Source: Candidatus Iainarchaeum sp.
Lineage (GTDB): Archaea > Iainarchaeota > Iainarchaeia > Iainarchaeales > DTGL01
Assembly: GCA_038736825.1 (NCBI GenBank)
Contig: JAVYME010000004.1
Location: 1 to 32,000, forward strand
DNA: 32,000 bases
Direction of reading: 5' to 3'
A program made the translations under genes and the position numbers. The notes beneath the pieces were generated by a model. That model did no database searches. It was not told the DNA's origin and saw nothing but the letters and a program-made list of their open reading frames with translations. Of this stretch, positions 1 to 7,339 are shown piece by piece. The stretch's first letter is position 1, and every line of letters begins with the position of its first letter.

Positions 1-124
1 TTATAACAATACCAATAATAATACCTACTTTTGTAATAATAACACCTTTAGCATTCTTTTTGGTTTCTCCATTTTCTCCATTTAAAATATCATTTGAATT
101 GTTATTAAGTCCAACTCTTAACAT
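1..124 (-). CDS. possible 5' end of a hypothetical membrane/secreted protein running off the window (MLRVGLNNNSNDILNGENGETKKNAKGVIITKVGIIIGIVI...)
   Basis: ATG at 124-122 on the minus strand, open to position 1. Hydrophilic leader, then KG followed by a hydrophobic stretch, loosely like an archaeal class III (pilin-type) signal peptide. Partial, so not in the ORF track. Confidence 0.25.
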   Translation of the reverse strand, partial: MLRVGLNNNSNDILNGENGETKKNAKGVIITKVGIIIGIVI

Positions 125-1736
125 ATCCCTTGAAAAAGAGGTTCCAATAAGGGCACACCCTATTGCAGAAATAGGGAAGGGCACTGGACTGGTGATGATG
201 TGCTCTGCAGGCGATTTATCGGATATACGTTTTTTCAGGGAAATGAACTTGGAACCAGTTATTGCAATTGGCGCTGACGGCAGAATGAATGAAAAAGCCG
301 GTTTTTTGAATGGATTGAAAGTAAAGGAGGCAAGGGAAAAAATTTTGGAAGAATTGCAGGCAAAAGGGCTTTTGGTGGGGCAAAAACAGGTAATGCACCG
401 CACTCCTGTTTGCGAGCGCTCCAAGCACGAAATAGAATTCATTGCAATGCCTGAATATTATTGCAAGCAATTGGATTACAAGGAAAAAATGAAAGAATTG
501 GCTGAAAAAATAAATTTTTTCTCGCCAAAGTCAAGGCAAATACTGCTTGACTGGATTGAATCTGTTAACACGGACTGGCCGATTTCAAGGAGAAGGTTTT
601 ATGCCACAGAGATTCCGCTCTGGTATTGCAAAAAGTGCAATGCTGCAATGGTTCCGCCAAAAGGCAAATATTATCGTCCATGGAAGGAAAAACCGCCAGT
701 GCAAAAATGCCCAAAGTGCGGGCACACTGAATTCAAGGGCGAGGAAAGGGTTTTTGACACTTGGTTTGATTCAAGTTCTTCGCCTTTGTTCATTTTGGGT
801 TACGGGCGCAACAATGATTTTTTTAACACCCATTATCCTTGCACTTTGAGGCCGCAAGGCAAAGAAATCGTGCGCACTTGGCTTTACTACACTGTTTTCA
901 AGTCTTACCTGTTATTCAAAAAGCCTGTTTTTGAGGATGTCTGGATAAACTATCACATTTTGGACGAAAAAGGAAACAAAATGAGCAAGAGCAAGGGCAA
1001 CGTGATAGACCCGCAAAAAATCCTGAAACAGTATGGGGCTGAGCCTTTCAGGCTTTGGTGCGCCACAGAGGGCAATCTTGCAAACACTGATTTTAAGTGT
1101 TCTGAGGAAAGAATTCGAGGTGCAGGCAAAACCCTTACAAAGCTCTGGAATGTGGCAAGGTTCATTTCAGGCTTTAAGAACAAGGGAAAAAAGCCAAAAC
1201 TCCTTCCAGAAGACGAATGGATTTTGTGCGAACTCAATGAACTGGTAGAGTTTTCTGAAAAGCGCTTTAATGAATATGATTTTTTCAATCCAGCCTCTGC
1301 TGCAAGAAATTTTTTATGGGAAGCCTTTGCCTCTCACTACATTGAGCTCGTGAAATCACGCGCTTATAATTCTGAAAAAAGCTTTTCCGAGGAAGAGCAA
1401 GAGGCAGCCATTTTCACCCTCAACTTGTGCCTTGACACTTTGCTGAAACTGTTTGCGCCAATAACTCCCTTCATTTGCTACAAGTTATACAAGGAATTGC
1501 GCGGAAAAGACATTCATGCAGAAGCATTCCCTGAACCAGTAAAAGGCATAAAAAAGCCTGCCTTTTCCACTCAAGAGCTCATGGCATTGAATTCTGAAAT
1601 CTGGAACTTTAAAAAAGAACAAGGAAAAAGATTAAACGAAGAAATTGAATCCTTTGAAGTGCCAGAAAAATTCAAATCCATTGAGCCAGCATTAAAGGCA
1701 GCCCACAACATTAAAAAAATAGAATGGAAAAAGTGA
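60..1736 (+). CDS. valS: valyl-tRNA synthetase, C-terminal ~530 aa only (class Ia aaRS). Homology begins inside the CP1/editing domain at about nt 138; there is no HIGH-motif half in the window.
   Basis: GTGLVMMCSAGD, DWPISRRRFYATEIPLWYC, KCPKCGH knuckle, FDTWFDSSSSP, KMSKSKGN (KMSKS loop), helical C-terminal anticodon-binding region. TTG at 60 is the only in-frame start upstream of the conserved block. The first ~26 residues are non-homologous and hydrophobic. Confidence 0.7.
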   Translation: MVSPFSPFKISFELLLSPTLNISLEKEVPIRAHPIAEIGKGTGLVMMCSAGDLSDIRFFREMNLEPVIAIGADGRMNEKAGFLNGLKVKEAREKILEELQAKGLLVGQKQVMHRTPVCERSKHEIEFIAMPEYYCKQLDYKEKMKELAEKINFFSPKSRQILLDWIESVNTDWPISRRRFYATEIPLWYCKKCNAAMVPPKGKYYRPWKEKPPVQKCPKCGHTEFKGEERVFDTWFDSSSSPLFILGYGRNNDFFNTHYPCTLRPQGKEIVRTWLYYTVFKSYLLFKKPVFEDVWINYHILDEKGNKMSKSKGNVIDPQKILKQYGAEPFRLWCATEGNLANTDFKCSEERIRGAGKTLTKLWNVARFISGFKNKGKKPKLLPEDEWILCELNELVEFSEKRFNEYDFFNPASAARNFLWEAFASHYIELVKSRAYNSEKSFSEEEQEAAIFTLNLCLDTLLKLFAPITPFICYKLYKELRGKDIHAEAFPEPVKGIKKPAFSTQELMALNSEIWNFKKEQGKRLNEEIESFEVPEKFKSIEPALKAAHNIKKIEWKK

Positions 1737-1754
1737 AAAGGAAAAAGCGAGAAA

Positions 1755-1961
1755 ATGGATGAAATAGTGCTTTCCCTAGCCCAAGAACATTTTTCAAACA
1801 TGACATTGAAAGAAAAAAAAGAAGTTTTGCTGGAATTCCTGGGCATTCTCTCACAAGAGGAAAAAGAAGAAGTTTTGGAAATATTGCTGGATGTTTTCTC
1901 TCAAGACAAAAAAATGCTGGCAAAAATCAAGGCGTTTGCTGAAAAAAAAAAAGTGAAATAA
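1755..1961 (+). CDS. small acidic/Lys-rich hypothetical protein with an internal 16-aa helical duplication
   Basis: 68-aa ORF with ATG start. KEKKEVLLEFLGILSQ and EEKEEVLEILLDVFSQ are two copies of one motif. Its stop abuts the ATG of the downstream kinase-like gene (taaATG). Confidence 0.4.
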   Translation: MDEIVLSLAQEHFSNMTLKEKKEVLLEFLGILSQEEKEEVLEILLDVFSQDKKMLAKIKAFAEKKKVK

Positions 1962-2543
1962 ATGAGAGTGGACTTCACCGAAAAGGAAATAAAAAGACTT
2001 GAAGCCTTTTGCAAAAGACGCAACCTTACAATAAAAAAATTCCTTGCAAAAGGACACTCATCGCGAATTTTTTTAGTGCAAAAAGGAAGGCAAAAATTTG
2101 TTGCAAAAGTGGAAAGGGATGATTCCACTAGAAAGCGCATGCTGGAAAAAGAAGCATTCAACCTGGGACTTGCCAATTCCCTGGGCATAGGCCCAAAACT
2201 TGAAGCTCACGATTTGCACTTGCGCGTTCTCTTGATGGAATTCATTGATGGCAAAACCTTTGGGGAATGGATTCAGGAAAAGAGGACAAAGGCTGAAATT
2301 GAAAGGTTTGTGAAAGCCTTGCTTGCCCAAGCAAAAAAAATGGACGAATTCGGCTTGGATCACGGCCAGCTTGCCGGAAGGGGAGCAAACATTCTTGTAA
2401 GAAAGGGAAAACCGGTAATAATAGATTTTGAAAAGGCAAGCATTGCAAGAAAATGCCATAACTTGAATGTGGTTGAAGCTTTTCTGTTCAAAAACAAGCA
2501 TTCAAAAATTGTGAAAAAAATAGGGCGTTTTTTGGAAAAATAA
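1962..2543 (+). CDS. small atypical protein kinase (RIO/Bud32-like fold, ~190 aa)
   Basis: Gly-loop-like LAKGHSSRIFLV, beta3 Lys in FVAKVER, catalytic-loop-like LDHGQLAGRGANILV, metal-binding IIDFEKAS. The size fits minimal archaeal kinases. Confidence 0.55.
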   Translation: MRVDFTEKEIKRLEAFCKRRNLTIKKFLAKGHSSRIFLVQKGRQKFVAKVERDDSTRKRMLEKEAFNLGLANSLGIGPKLEAHDLHLRVLLMEFIDGKTFGEWIQEKRTKAEIERFVKALLAQAKKMDEFGLDHGQLAGRGANILVRKGKPVIIDFEKASIARKCHNLNVVEAFLFKNKHSKIVKKIGRFLEK

Positions 2544-2564
2544 AAAAAAGGGGTTTTTTGCCCC

Positions 2565-3044
2565 CTAGTTTTTTTGCTCTTCTTTTGCCTTCGCTCGCTC
2601 CACTAAATCGCCTTCCTCTAGCTCGAACTTCTTTTTAACTTCAAGCTCTAGGAATTCACAGTCACTCTTTATTTTAGCCAAATATTTCAGTATACGGTCT
2701 CTTTCGTCAGCGATTTCTTCAAGCTTTGTGTATTTTGCTATGGCATCCTGGAACATGGCGTAATCCACATAAGTGTAAGGATAAGAGCCCATTTCTTTTG
2801 AAATTTTTTCCACCATGTGCCCAAGCCATTTGTTCATTTCCACTTTCACTCTGCCCTTTATTTGCTTGCCCGGACCAACATGCTTTCTGATCATGTTGGT
2901 TACAGTTGCCCTGGGAAACGGCAGTTTTTCCTCCACTTCACTGCACTCAGGCTTTTTAGTGCTTGCTTTTTCTGCTTTTTTTGCTGTTTCAGGCTTTTCA
3001 GCAGGTTTTAAAGCAATTTTTTCAGTTTTTTTCTCCTTTGCCAT
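2565..3044 (-). CDS. histone-fold-like protein with a ~40-aa Lys-rich N-terminal tail and a C-terminal coiled-coil extension
   Basis: LPFPRATVTNMIRKHVG (alpha1) - PGKQIKG (L1) - RVKVEMNKWLGHMVEKISKEMGS (alpha2) - YPYTYVD (L2) - YAMFQDAIAKY (alpha3). Tail: MAKEKKTEKIALKPAEKPETAKKAEKASTKKPE. SD-like AGGGGTGA lies 5 nt upstream of the ATG. Confidence 0.45.
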   Translation of the reverse strand: MAKEKKTEKIALKPAEKPETAKKAEKASTKKPECSEVEEKLPFPRATVTNMIRKHVGPGKQIKGRVKVEMNKWLGHMVEKISKEMGSYPYTYVDYAMFQDAIAKYTKLEEIADERDRILKYLAKIKSDCEFLELEVKKKFELEEGDLVERAKAKEEQKN

Positions 3045-3139
3045 ACGCTCACCCCTAAAAAATCGTGCGTTTAAGCATTAAAATAATGCATAATAATTGG
3101 GCAAGAATCAGAATTTAAAGGCATTGGTTGAAGAAAAAA

Positions 3140-3883
3140 TCACTCCAGTAAAATTTTCAGTCCAGCCATAAACAATATTCCGAAAAGGAACAAAGCAAAA
3201 GAAAAAAGAGACTTTGAAAGGTTTTTTTCCTTGTGGAGTTCTGGAATGAGATCGCTTGCAGAAATATAAATGAAACCTCCAGCAGCAAATGGCAGCAAAA
3301 ACGAAACAGAGCCAGCGTTAAGGCTGAAAAAATAGCCAGCAAGCCCGCCAATCACTGCAGTGGCTTGTGCAATGAAATTGTAAAGCAATGCCTTTTTTTT
3401 CTCAATTCCGCCGTGCACCATAATTCCAAAATTTCCCAGTTCCTGTGGCAGTTCGTGCCCGATTATCAAAACAGTTGTGAGAATGCCAAAAGGGATTCCT
3501 GCAACAAAACTGGCTGCAATTATCAATCCATCAATAAAGTTGTGCACTGAATCCCCGATTATTATCAAGTAAGACATTGGGTGCACCTCGCAATGGCCTT
3601 CATGGCAGTGATGCCAGTGCAAAAATCGCTCTATAAGGAAAAAAAGAATGAATCCAGTGAAAAGCAAGAAAAATGCTTCCTGTGACTGCATTTCTTCAAG
3701 GGATTCTGCCAGCAAGTGAAAGAAAGCGCCTGCTAAAAGAGCGCCAGCTGAAAAAGCAATCAAGCCCTTTATTATCTGCCTTACCTCTTTCTCCTTCATT
3801 TTGAGGGTGAAAATGCCGGCAAAAGCCAGAAGGCCGTCCAAAACAGTTGCGCCCAAAACCCAAAACAAAACTGGAACCTGCAT
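3140..3883 (-). CDS. zupT: ZIP family divalent metal transporter (ZupT-like)
   Basis: Multi-TM protein with signature IGHELPQELGNFGIMVHGG and HNFIDGL, plus a His-rich loop HWHHCHEGHCEVH. Start moved to the internal ATG 3883 (MQVPVLFW...) because the longer ORF (to 4000) overlaps the divergent HAD gene start. Confidence 0.85.
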   Translation of the reverse strand: MQVPVLFWVLGATVLDGLLAFAGIFTLKMKEKEVRQIIKGLIAFSAGALLAGAFFHLLAESLEEMQSQEAFFLLFTGFILFFLIERFLHWHHCHEGHCEVHPMSYLIIIGDSVHNFIDGLIIAASFVAGIPFGILTTVLIIGHELPQELGNFGIMVHGGIEKKKALLYNFIAQATAVIGGLAGYFFSLNAGSVSFLLPFAAGGFIYISASDLIPELHKEKNLSKSLFSFALFLFGILFMAGLKILLE

Positions 3884-3937
3884 AAGTAAACCCCATTCCC
3901 AAAACCTTATTAAACCATTCCAAGCCATTTCAATTCC

Positions 3938-4600
3938 ATGGCACTCAAACTGTTGATTTTTGATTTTGATGGCGTTCTCGCAGACACCGCACAATTGCAC
4001 TTGAAATCAGAGCAAGAAATTTTTGCCACAGTTGGGCTTAAAATCTCCAAGGGAGAACTGGCAGGCTTTTTTGGAATGAAGGTAAGCGAATTCATAAAAG
4101 AGGTTTTGAAAAAATACAAAATAAAAGCTGACTGGAAAAAACTAATGCAAAAAAAATACAAAGTATTGAAGGAATTGGTTAAAGAAAAAGGCATTCAGCC
4201 CCTGCCTGGAGCAAAAGATCTTGCATTAAAAGCAAAAAAATCCGGCATCAAAATCGCAGTGGCTTCAGGTTCAAGGAAAAAATTTGTTTTGCCCTTATTA
4301 AAAAAAATGGGCTTGCAGAAAACATTTGATTTGGTTTTGTGCGCTGACGATGTGAAAAAGGGAAAGCCAAACCCTGAAATTTTTTTAAAATGCGCAAAAC
4401 GCTTAAAAGTGAAACCAAGCGAGTGCCTTGTTTTGGAGGATGCAGAAAACGGAGTGGTTGCCGCCAAGCGTGCCGGCATGAAAGCAATCGCGCTTAAAAC
4501 CAGTTATTCTGGAAAACAGGATTTCTCGAACGCAGACAAAATTGTTAAATCTTTGCAAGAAATAGATATTGTTGCGGTGGAAAAATGGTTCGCTTTCTGA
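3938..4600 (+). CDS. HAD-superfamily hydrolase, beta-phosphoglucomutase/phosphatase-like (subfamily IA)
   Basis: Motif I DFDGVLADT, motif II VASGS, motif III K...KGKPNPEIF, motif IV LEDAENGVVAAKRAGM. Confidence 0.85.
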   Translation: MALKLLIFDFDGVLADTAQLHLKSEQEIFATVGLKISKGELAGFFGMKVSEFIKEVLKKYKIKADWKKLMQKKYKVLKELVKEKGIQPLPGAKDLALKAKKSGIKIAVASGSRKKFVLPLLKKMGLQKTFDLVLCADDVKKGKPNPEIFLKCAKRLKVKPSECLVLEDAENGVVAAKRAGMKAIALKTSYSGKQDFSNADKIVKSLQEIDIVAVEKWFAF

Positions 4601-4768
4601 AAAGAAAAAAAAACAATTCAACAAACCACAACCACAAGCCAGTTGTTCCGCCTGAATCCCAACCGCATAACGCAAACAGAAGGCGCACGCTATGGTTTCG
4701 TTCAACGCACAGTGAAAGGGATAAAATAATAGGAAGAGACAAGAAATGGTGAGGGTTTCCGCCAAAAA

Positions 4769-5557
4769 CTATAAAGCTTCTTTTTTGCCTGTTTTCTCGT
4801 AGTGCACTTTCCCGAACTCTTTTGATTTGTTCAATTGCTCTTTTGTGAAAACAGGACCATCAGTACAGCACAAGTGTTCGTCCAAAGAACAGTTTCCACA
4901 AATTCCGTGAGCGCACTTCATGTAGCGCTCCACTGCAAATTGTGCTGGCACCTTGAATTTGTTGCACAAGGCAAGCACTGAAACCATCATTTGTTCTGGA
5001 CCGCAACAGTAAACGCAGTCAAACTTTTTTTCTTTTAAAAGCTTTTCCAGCATAATGCAGGCACTGCCCTTGGCTCCACAAGAGCCATCCTCTGTTGCAA
5101 CATGCAATTCCGCTATTTTTGAAATTCTTTTTTTGAACAAAACTTCTTCCTCACACTTGCTGCCTTGAACAAAATCTATTTTTGTTTTCTTTTTAGACAG
5201 TTCTTCTGCGAGCAAAATTACAGCAGCAACGCCGATTCCACCACCAACAATGCAAACCCTCTTGGATTTGCAAAAATCAAAGCCTTTACCGTAAGGACCC
5301 CTTATTCCAAGCAAATCGCCTTCCTTTAGAGAAAAAAGTTTTTCGGTGAATGGACCGCGCTTTTTTGCAGTAATCGCAATCCCTTTGCCTGCTTTTGTGA
5401 GCGCAAACGGTTTTTCATCAAATGCAGGAATCCAAACCATTACAAATTGGCCTGGAAGTGAATCAATTGAAGCACTAAGGTAAAAGGTTTTTATTGAAGG
5501 GGTTTCTTGCACTATTTTTTTTATTTTATAACAGGTTGGATAGTCACTTGTGTGCAA
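4769..5557 (-). CDS. pyrK: dihydroorotate dehydrogenase (class 1B) electron-transfer subunit
   Basis: FNR-like FAD/NAD fold (GQFVMVW, IVGGGIGVAAV) and C-terminal 2Fe-2S cysteine cluster CAHGICGNCS...CCTDGPVF. Overlaps pyrD by 14 nt. Confidence 0.85.
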   Translation of the reverse strand: MHTSDYPTCYKIKKIVQETPSIKTFYLSASIDSLPGQFVMVWIPAFDEKPFALTKAGKGIAITAKKRGPFTEKLFSLKEGDLLGIRGPYGKGFDFCKSKRVCIVGGGIGVAAVILLAEELSKKKTKIDFVQGSKCEEEVLFKKRISKIAELHVATEDGSCGAKGSACIMLEKLLKEKKFDCVYCCGPEQMMVSVLALCNKFKVPAQFAVERYMKCAHGICGNCSLDEHLCCTDGPVFTKEQLNKSKEFGKVHYEKTGKKEAL

Positions 5558-6458
5558 TTCCCACCAGCTCCTGTAAAGAATTGTAATTGTGCAATTTCAT
5601 CCATGAATACATTTCTTTTGAAATCTTGGAAAAAACTTGTGGACCACTATAATGGACTGCTGTTCCAATGCCGACAGCTGATGCTCCCGCTTGGAGCATT
5701 TCAATTGCATCCCTTCCATTCATTACTCCACCCAAGCCAATTATTGGAATTTTGACTGCTTTGTACAAATCAAAAACACATCTTACCACAATGGGCCTTA
5801 TTGCTGGTCCTGAAACTCCGCCAACCTTGAAATGCAATACTGGTTTTGCAGAGTTAATGTCTATTATCATTCCCGGACCTAAAGTGTTGCCGCAATTTAT
5901 TGCATTTGCTCCGGCTTTTTCTGCTGCAATTGCGATTTCAGCAATGTTTGGAATTGAAGGGGAAATCTTTACAATCAATGGCTTTTTTGTTTGTTTTCTG
6001 ACTGCTTCGGTTATTGCTTTTGTGGCTTCTGGAGTGCCTTGCCCTGCGAGAAGGCCAAAGCCTGGAGTGTGCGGACAGGAAAGAGGCAATTCTAGGGCAC
6101 TAAATGAAAGTTTTTCGAATTCTCTTGCCAGAATTGCAAATTCCTCAGCATTTCCGGCTGTAATGCTGCCAATAACCGGCACTTTGAAACCAGAAAGATC
6201 TGAAAATTCTTTTATTGCTTCTTTTAAGCCTGGATTGGAATAGCCAACAGCATTCAGCATTCCGCACTCAAATACTGCGGTTATCGGGTTTTTGTGGCCT
6301 TCCCTTGGCTCCAAAGAAATGCTTTTGATTGTGAGCGCTCCAGCACCGCCCTTTTGTGCGCGCAATAAATTGTTTTTGTTCACTCCAAGAATGCCTGAAG
6401 CAAGGATTAAGGGGTTTTTCAATTTCAAGCCACAAAAAGAGGTTTCAAGCGAGACCAA
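5544..6458 (-). CDS. pyrD: dihydroorotate dehydrogenase catalytic subunit (class 1B)
   Basis: TIM-barrel DHOD motifs: LKNPLILASG, NAVGYSNPG, ELPLSCPHT, VKISP, NTLGPGM, GGVSGPAIRPI, IIGLGGV. Confidence 0.9.
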   Translation of the reverse strand: MVSLETSFCGLKLKNPLILASGILGVNKNNLLRAQKGGAGALTIKSISLEPREGHKNPITAVFECGMLNAVGYSNPGLKEAIKEFSDLSGFKVPVIGSITAGNAEEFAILAREFEKLSFSALELPLSCPHTPGFGLLAGQGTPEATKAITEAVRKQTKKPLIVKISPSIPNIAEIAIAAEKAGANAINCGNTLGPGMIIDINSAKPVLHFKVGGVSGPAIRPIVVRCVFDLYKAVKIPIIGLGGVMNGRDAIEMLQAGASAVGIGTAVHYSGPQVFSKISKEMYSWMKLHNYNSLQELVGIAHK

Positions 6459-6514
6459 AAAAACACCAAAGAATAGAGAAAGAAAAGGAATTTAAAGGAA
6501 ATTCAGCCCTTCGT

Positions 6515-6784
6515 TCAAGAAACCCCGCTTGGATGCTTTCTTTCAGCAGCCTTTTTTGAAATGCTTTCCATTATGCTTTCCAAATCCTCTGGATTTGGAC
6601 CGGAAAAAAGTGTTTTTACAGAAAGGCTTTTGGCTATCCGCTCTCTTTTCCGCTCTTCAATTGCCTTGCGGAGCGCATACTTGATGAACTCAGTGCGGCT
6701 GTCAAAAGCATCGCTTTCCACAATAGCGTCTATTTCTTTGAGCAAGTTTGCGCCTAAGCGCAAATTAACCATTTTGCCAGCCAT
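6515..6784 (-). CDS. ribbon-helix-helix (CopG/Arc/MetJ-type) transcriptional regulator
   Basis: N-terminal beta-strand plus two helices: KMVNLRLGANLLKEIDAIVESDAFDSRTEFIKYALRKAI. 89 aa, with no NikR-type C-terminal metal-binding domain. Confidence 0.75.
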   Translation of the reverse strand: MAGKMVNLRLGANLLKEIDAIVESDAFDSRTEFIKYALRKAIEERKRERIAKSLSVKTLFSGPNPEDLESIMESISKKAAERKHPSGVS

Positions 6785-6812
6785 ACATCAATTGTATATA
6801 CATTTGATGTAT
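6783..6812. promoter_or_regulatory. 30-nt near-perfect palindrome (28/30) overlapping the start codon and promoter of the RHH regulator gene; candidate auto-operator
   Basis: ATACATCAA-T-TGTATATACA-T-TTGATGTAT. There is one symmetric T/T mismatch pair and the centre is between 6797 and 6798. A TATA-like ATTATATA (minus strand, 6817-6810) lies about 30 nt upstream of the ATG at 6784, implying a leaderless or very short leader mRNA. Confidence 0.45.
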
Positions 6813-6829
6813 ATAATCCTTTTGCAGGA

Positions 6830-7009
6830 CTATTTCAGCCTTTCAGCTTCCTCTAAAAGCATTACTGGAATGCCTTTTTCTATCCTGTACGCCAGCTTGC
6901 ATTTTTTGCAAAACAGTTTTTGCTCTTTTTTGCTGTAATCCAAGTCACCCTTGCATTGAGTGCAAGCAAGCACTTCCAGCAATTCTTTGGACAACTCGCG
7001 CTTTGGCAT
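6830..7009 (-). CDS. Trm112/UPF0434-family small zinc-ribbon protein
   Basis: LLEVLACTQCKGDL...LFCKKCKLAYRIEKGIPVMLLEEA is the typical Trm112p-like signature. Start placed at the internal ATG 7009 (MPKRELSKE...), 4 nt after the upstream gene stop. Confidence 0.7.
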   Translation of the reverse strand: MPKRELSKELLEVLACTQCKGDLDYSKKEQKLFCKKCKLAYRIEKGIPVMLLEEAERLK

Positions 7010-7013
7010 TCTT

Positions 7014-7298
7014 TCACTTGTCACATTTTTCCCTTGATTTCTTGAAAAAGCCGTTGAATGTGCAAGCAAACCAGTTAAGGTGAAGGATTATGTGAAATGC
7101 CATCAACGCAATGAAAACCAGCCCTAGCAGCACATGCCATTGAGTCCAATCCAGTTTCGGGATTCCCATGAATTCAAGCCGTCCAGAACGCGGCCCAGGA
7201 GGCATGAAAACAAAAATTATGAGCGCTGTCACTGTCGAAAAAATGAAAAAAACCAGCATGAGTGCATCTATTGCAAAATTCAATTTTAACCTGTCCAT
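7014..7298 (-). CDS. small integral membrane protein (DUF4405-like, His-containing helices)
   Basis: Three predicted TM helices. The pattern WTQWHVLLGLVFIALMAFHIILHLNW resembles DUF4405. Confidence 0.5.
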   Translation of the reverse strand: MDRLKLNFAIDALMLVFFIFSTVTALIIFVFMPPGPRSGRLEFMGIPKLDWTQWHVLLGLVFIALMAFHIILHLNWFACTFNGFFKKSREKCDK

Positions 7299-7339
7299 TA
7301 GAAAAAGAAAGAACGAAAGGATTAAATTGTTTGCATATT

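Noticed and set aside
3884-4000. N-terminal 39-aa extension of the ZIP transporter ORF
   Set aside because: The extension (MQLCGVCENAIKIKNQQFECHG...) is not ZIP-like. It overlaps the divergent HAD gene start by 63 nt. The internal ATG gives a normal first TM helix.
4403-4765. 120-aa Cys-rich minus-strand ORF
   Set aside because: Two-thirds of it is antisense to the well-supported HAD hydrolase gene, and its composition is not protein-like. The spacer itself is reported separately as unexplained.
5668-6243. 191-aa plus-strand ORF inside pyrD (likewise 28047..28649 and 28219..28614 inside the dehydrogenase gene)
   Set aside because: These are antisense shadow ORFs within genes whose own products carry unmistakable family motifs. 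Their translations are Pro/Ala/Ser-rich with no recognisable domains.
6515-6784. RHH regulator considered as NikR, given the nearby Ni-dependent hydrogenase genes
   Set aside because: It is only 89 aa. It lacks the ~80-aa C-terminal ACT-like Ni-binding domain and its His/Cys ligands. A generic CopG-type regulator is the supportable call.
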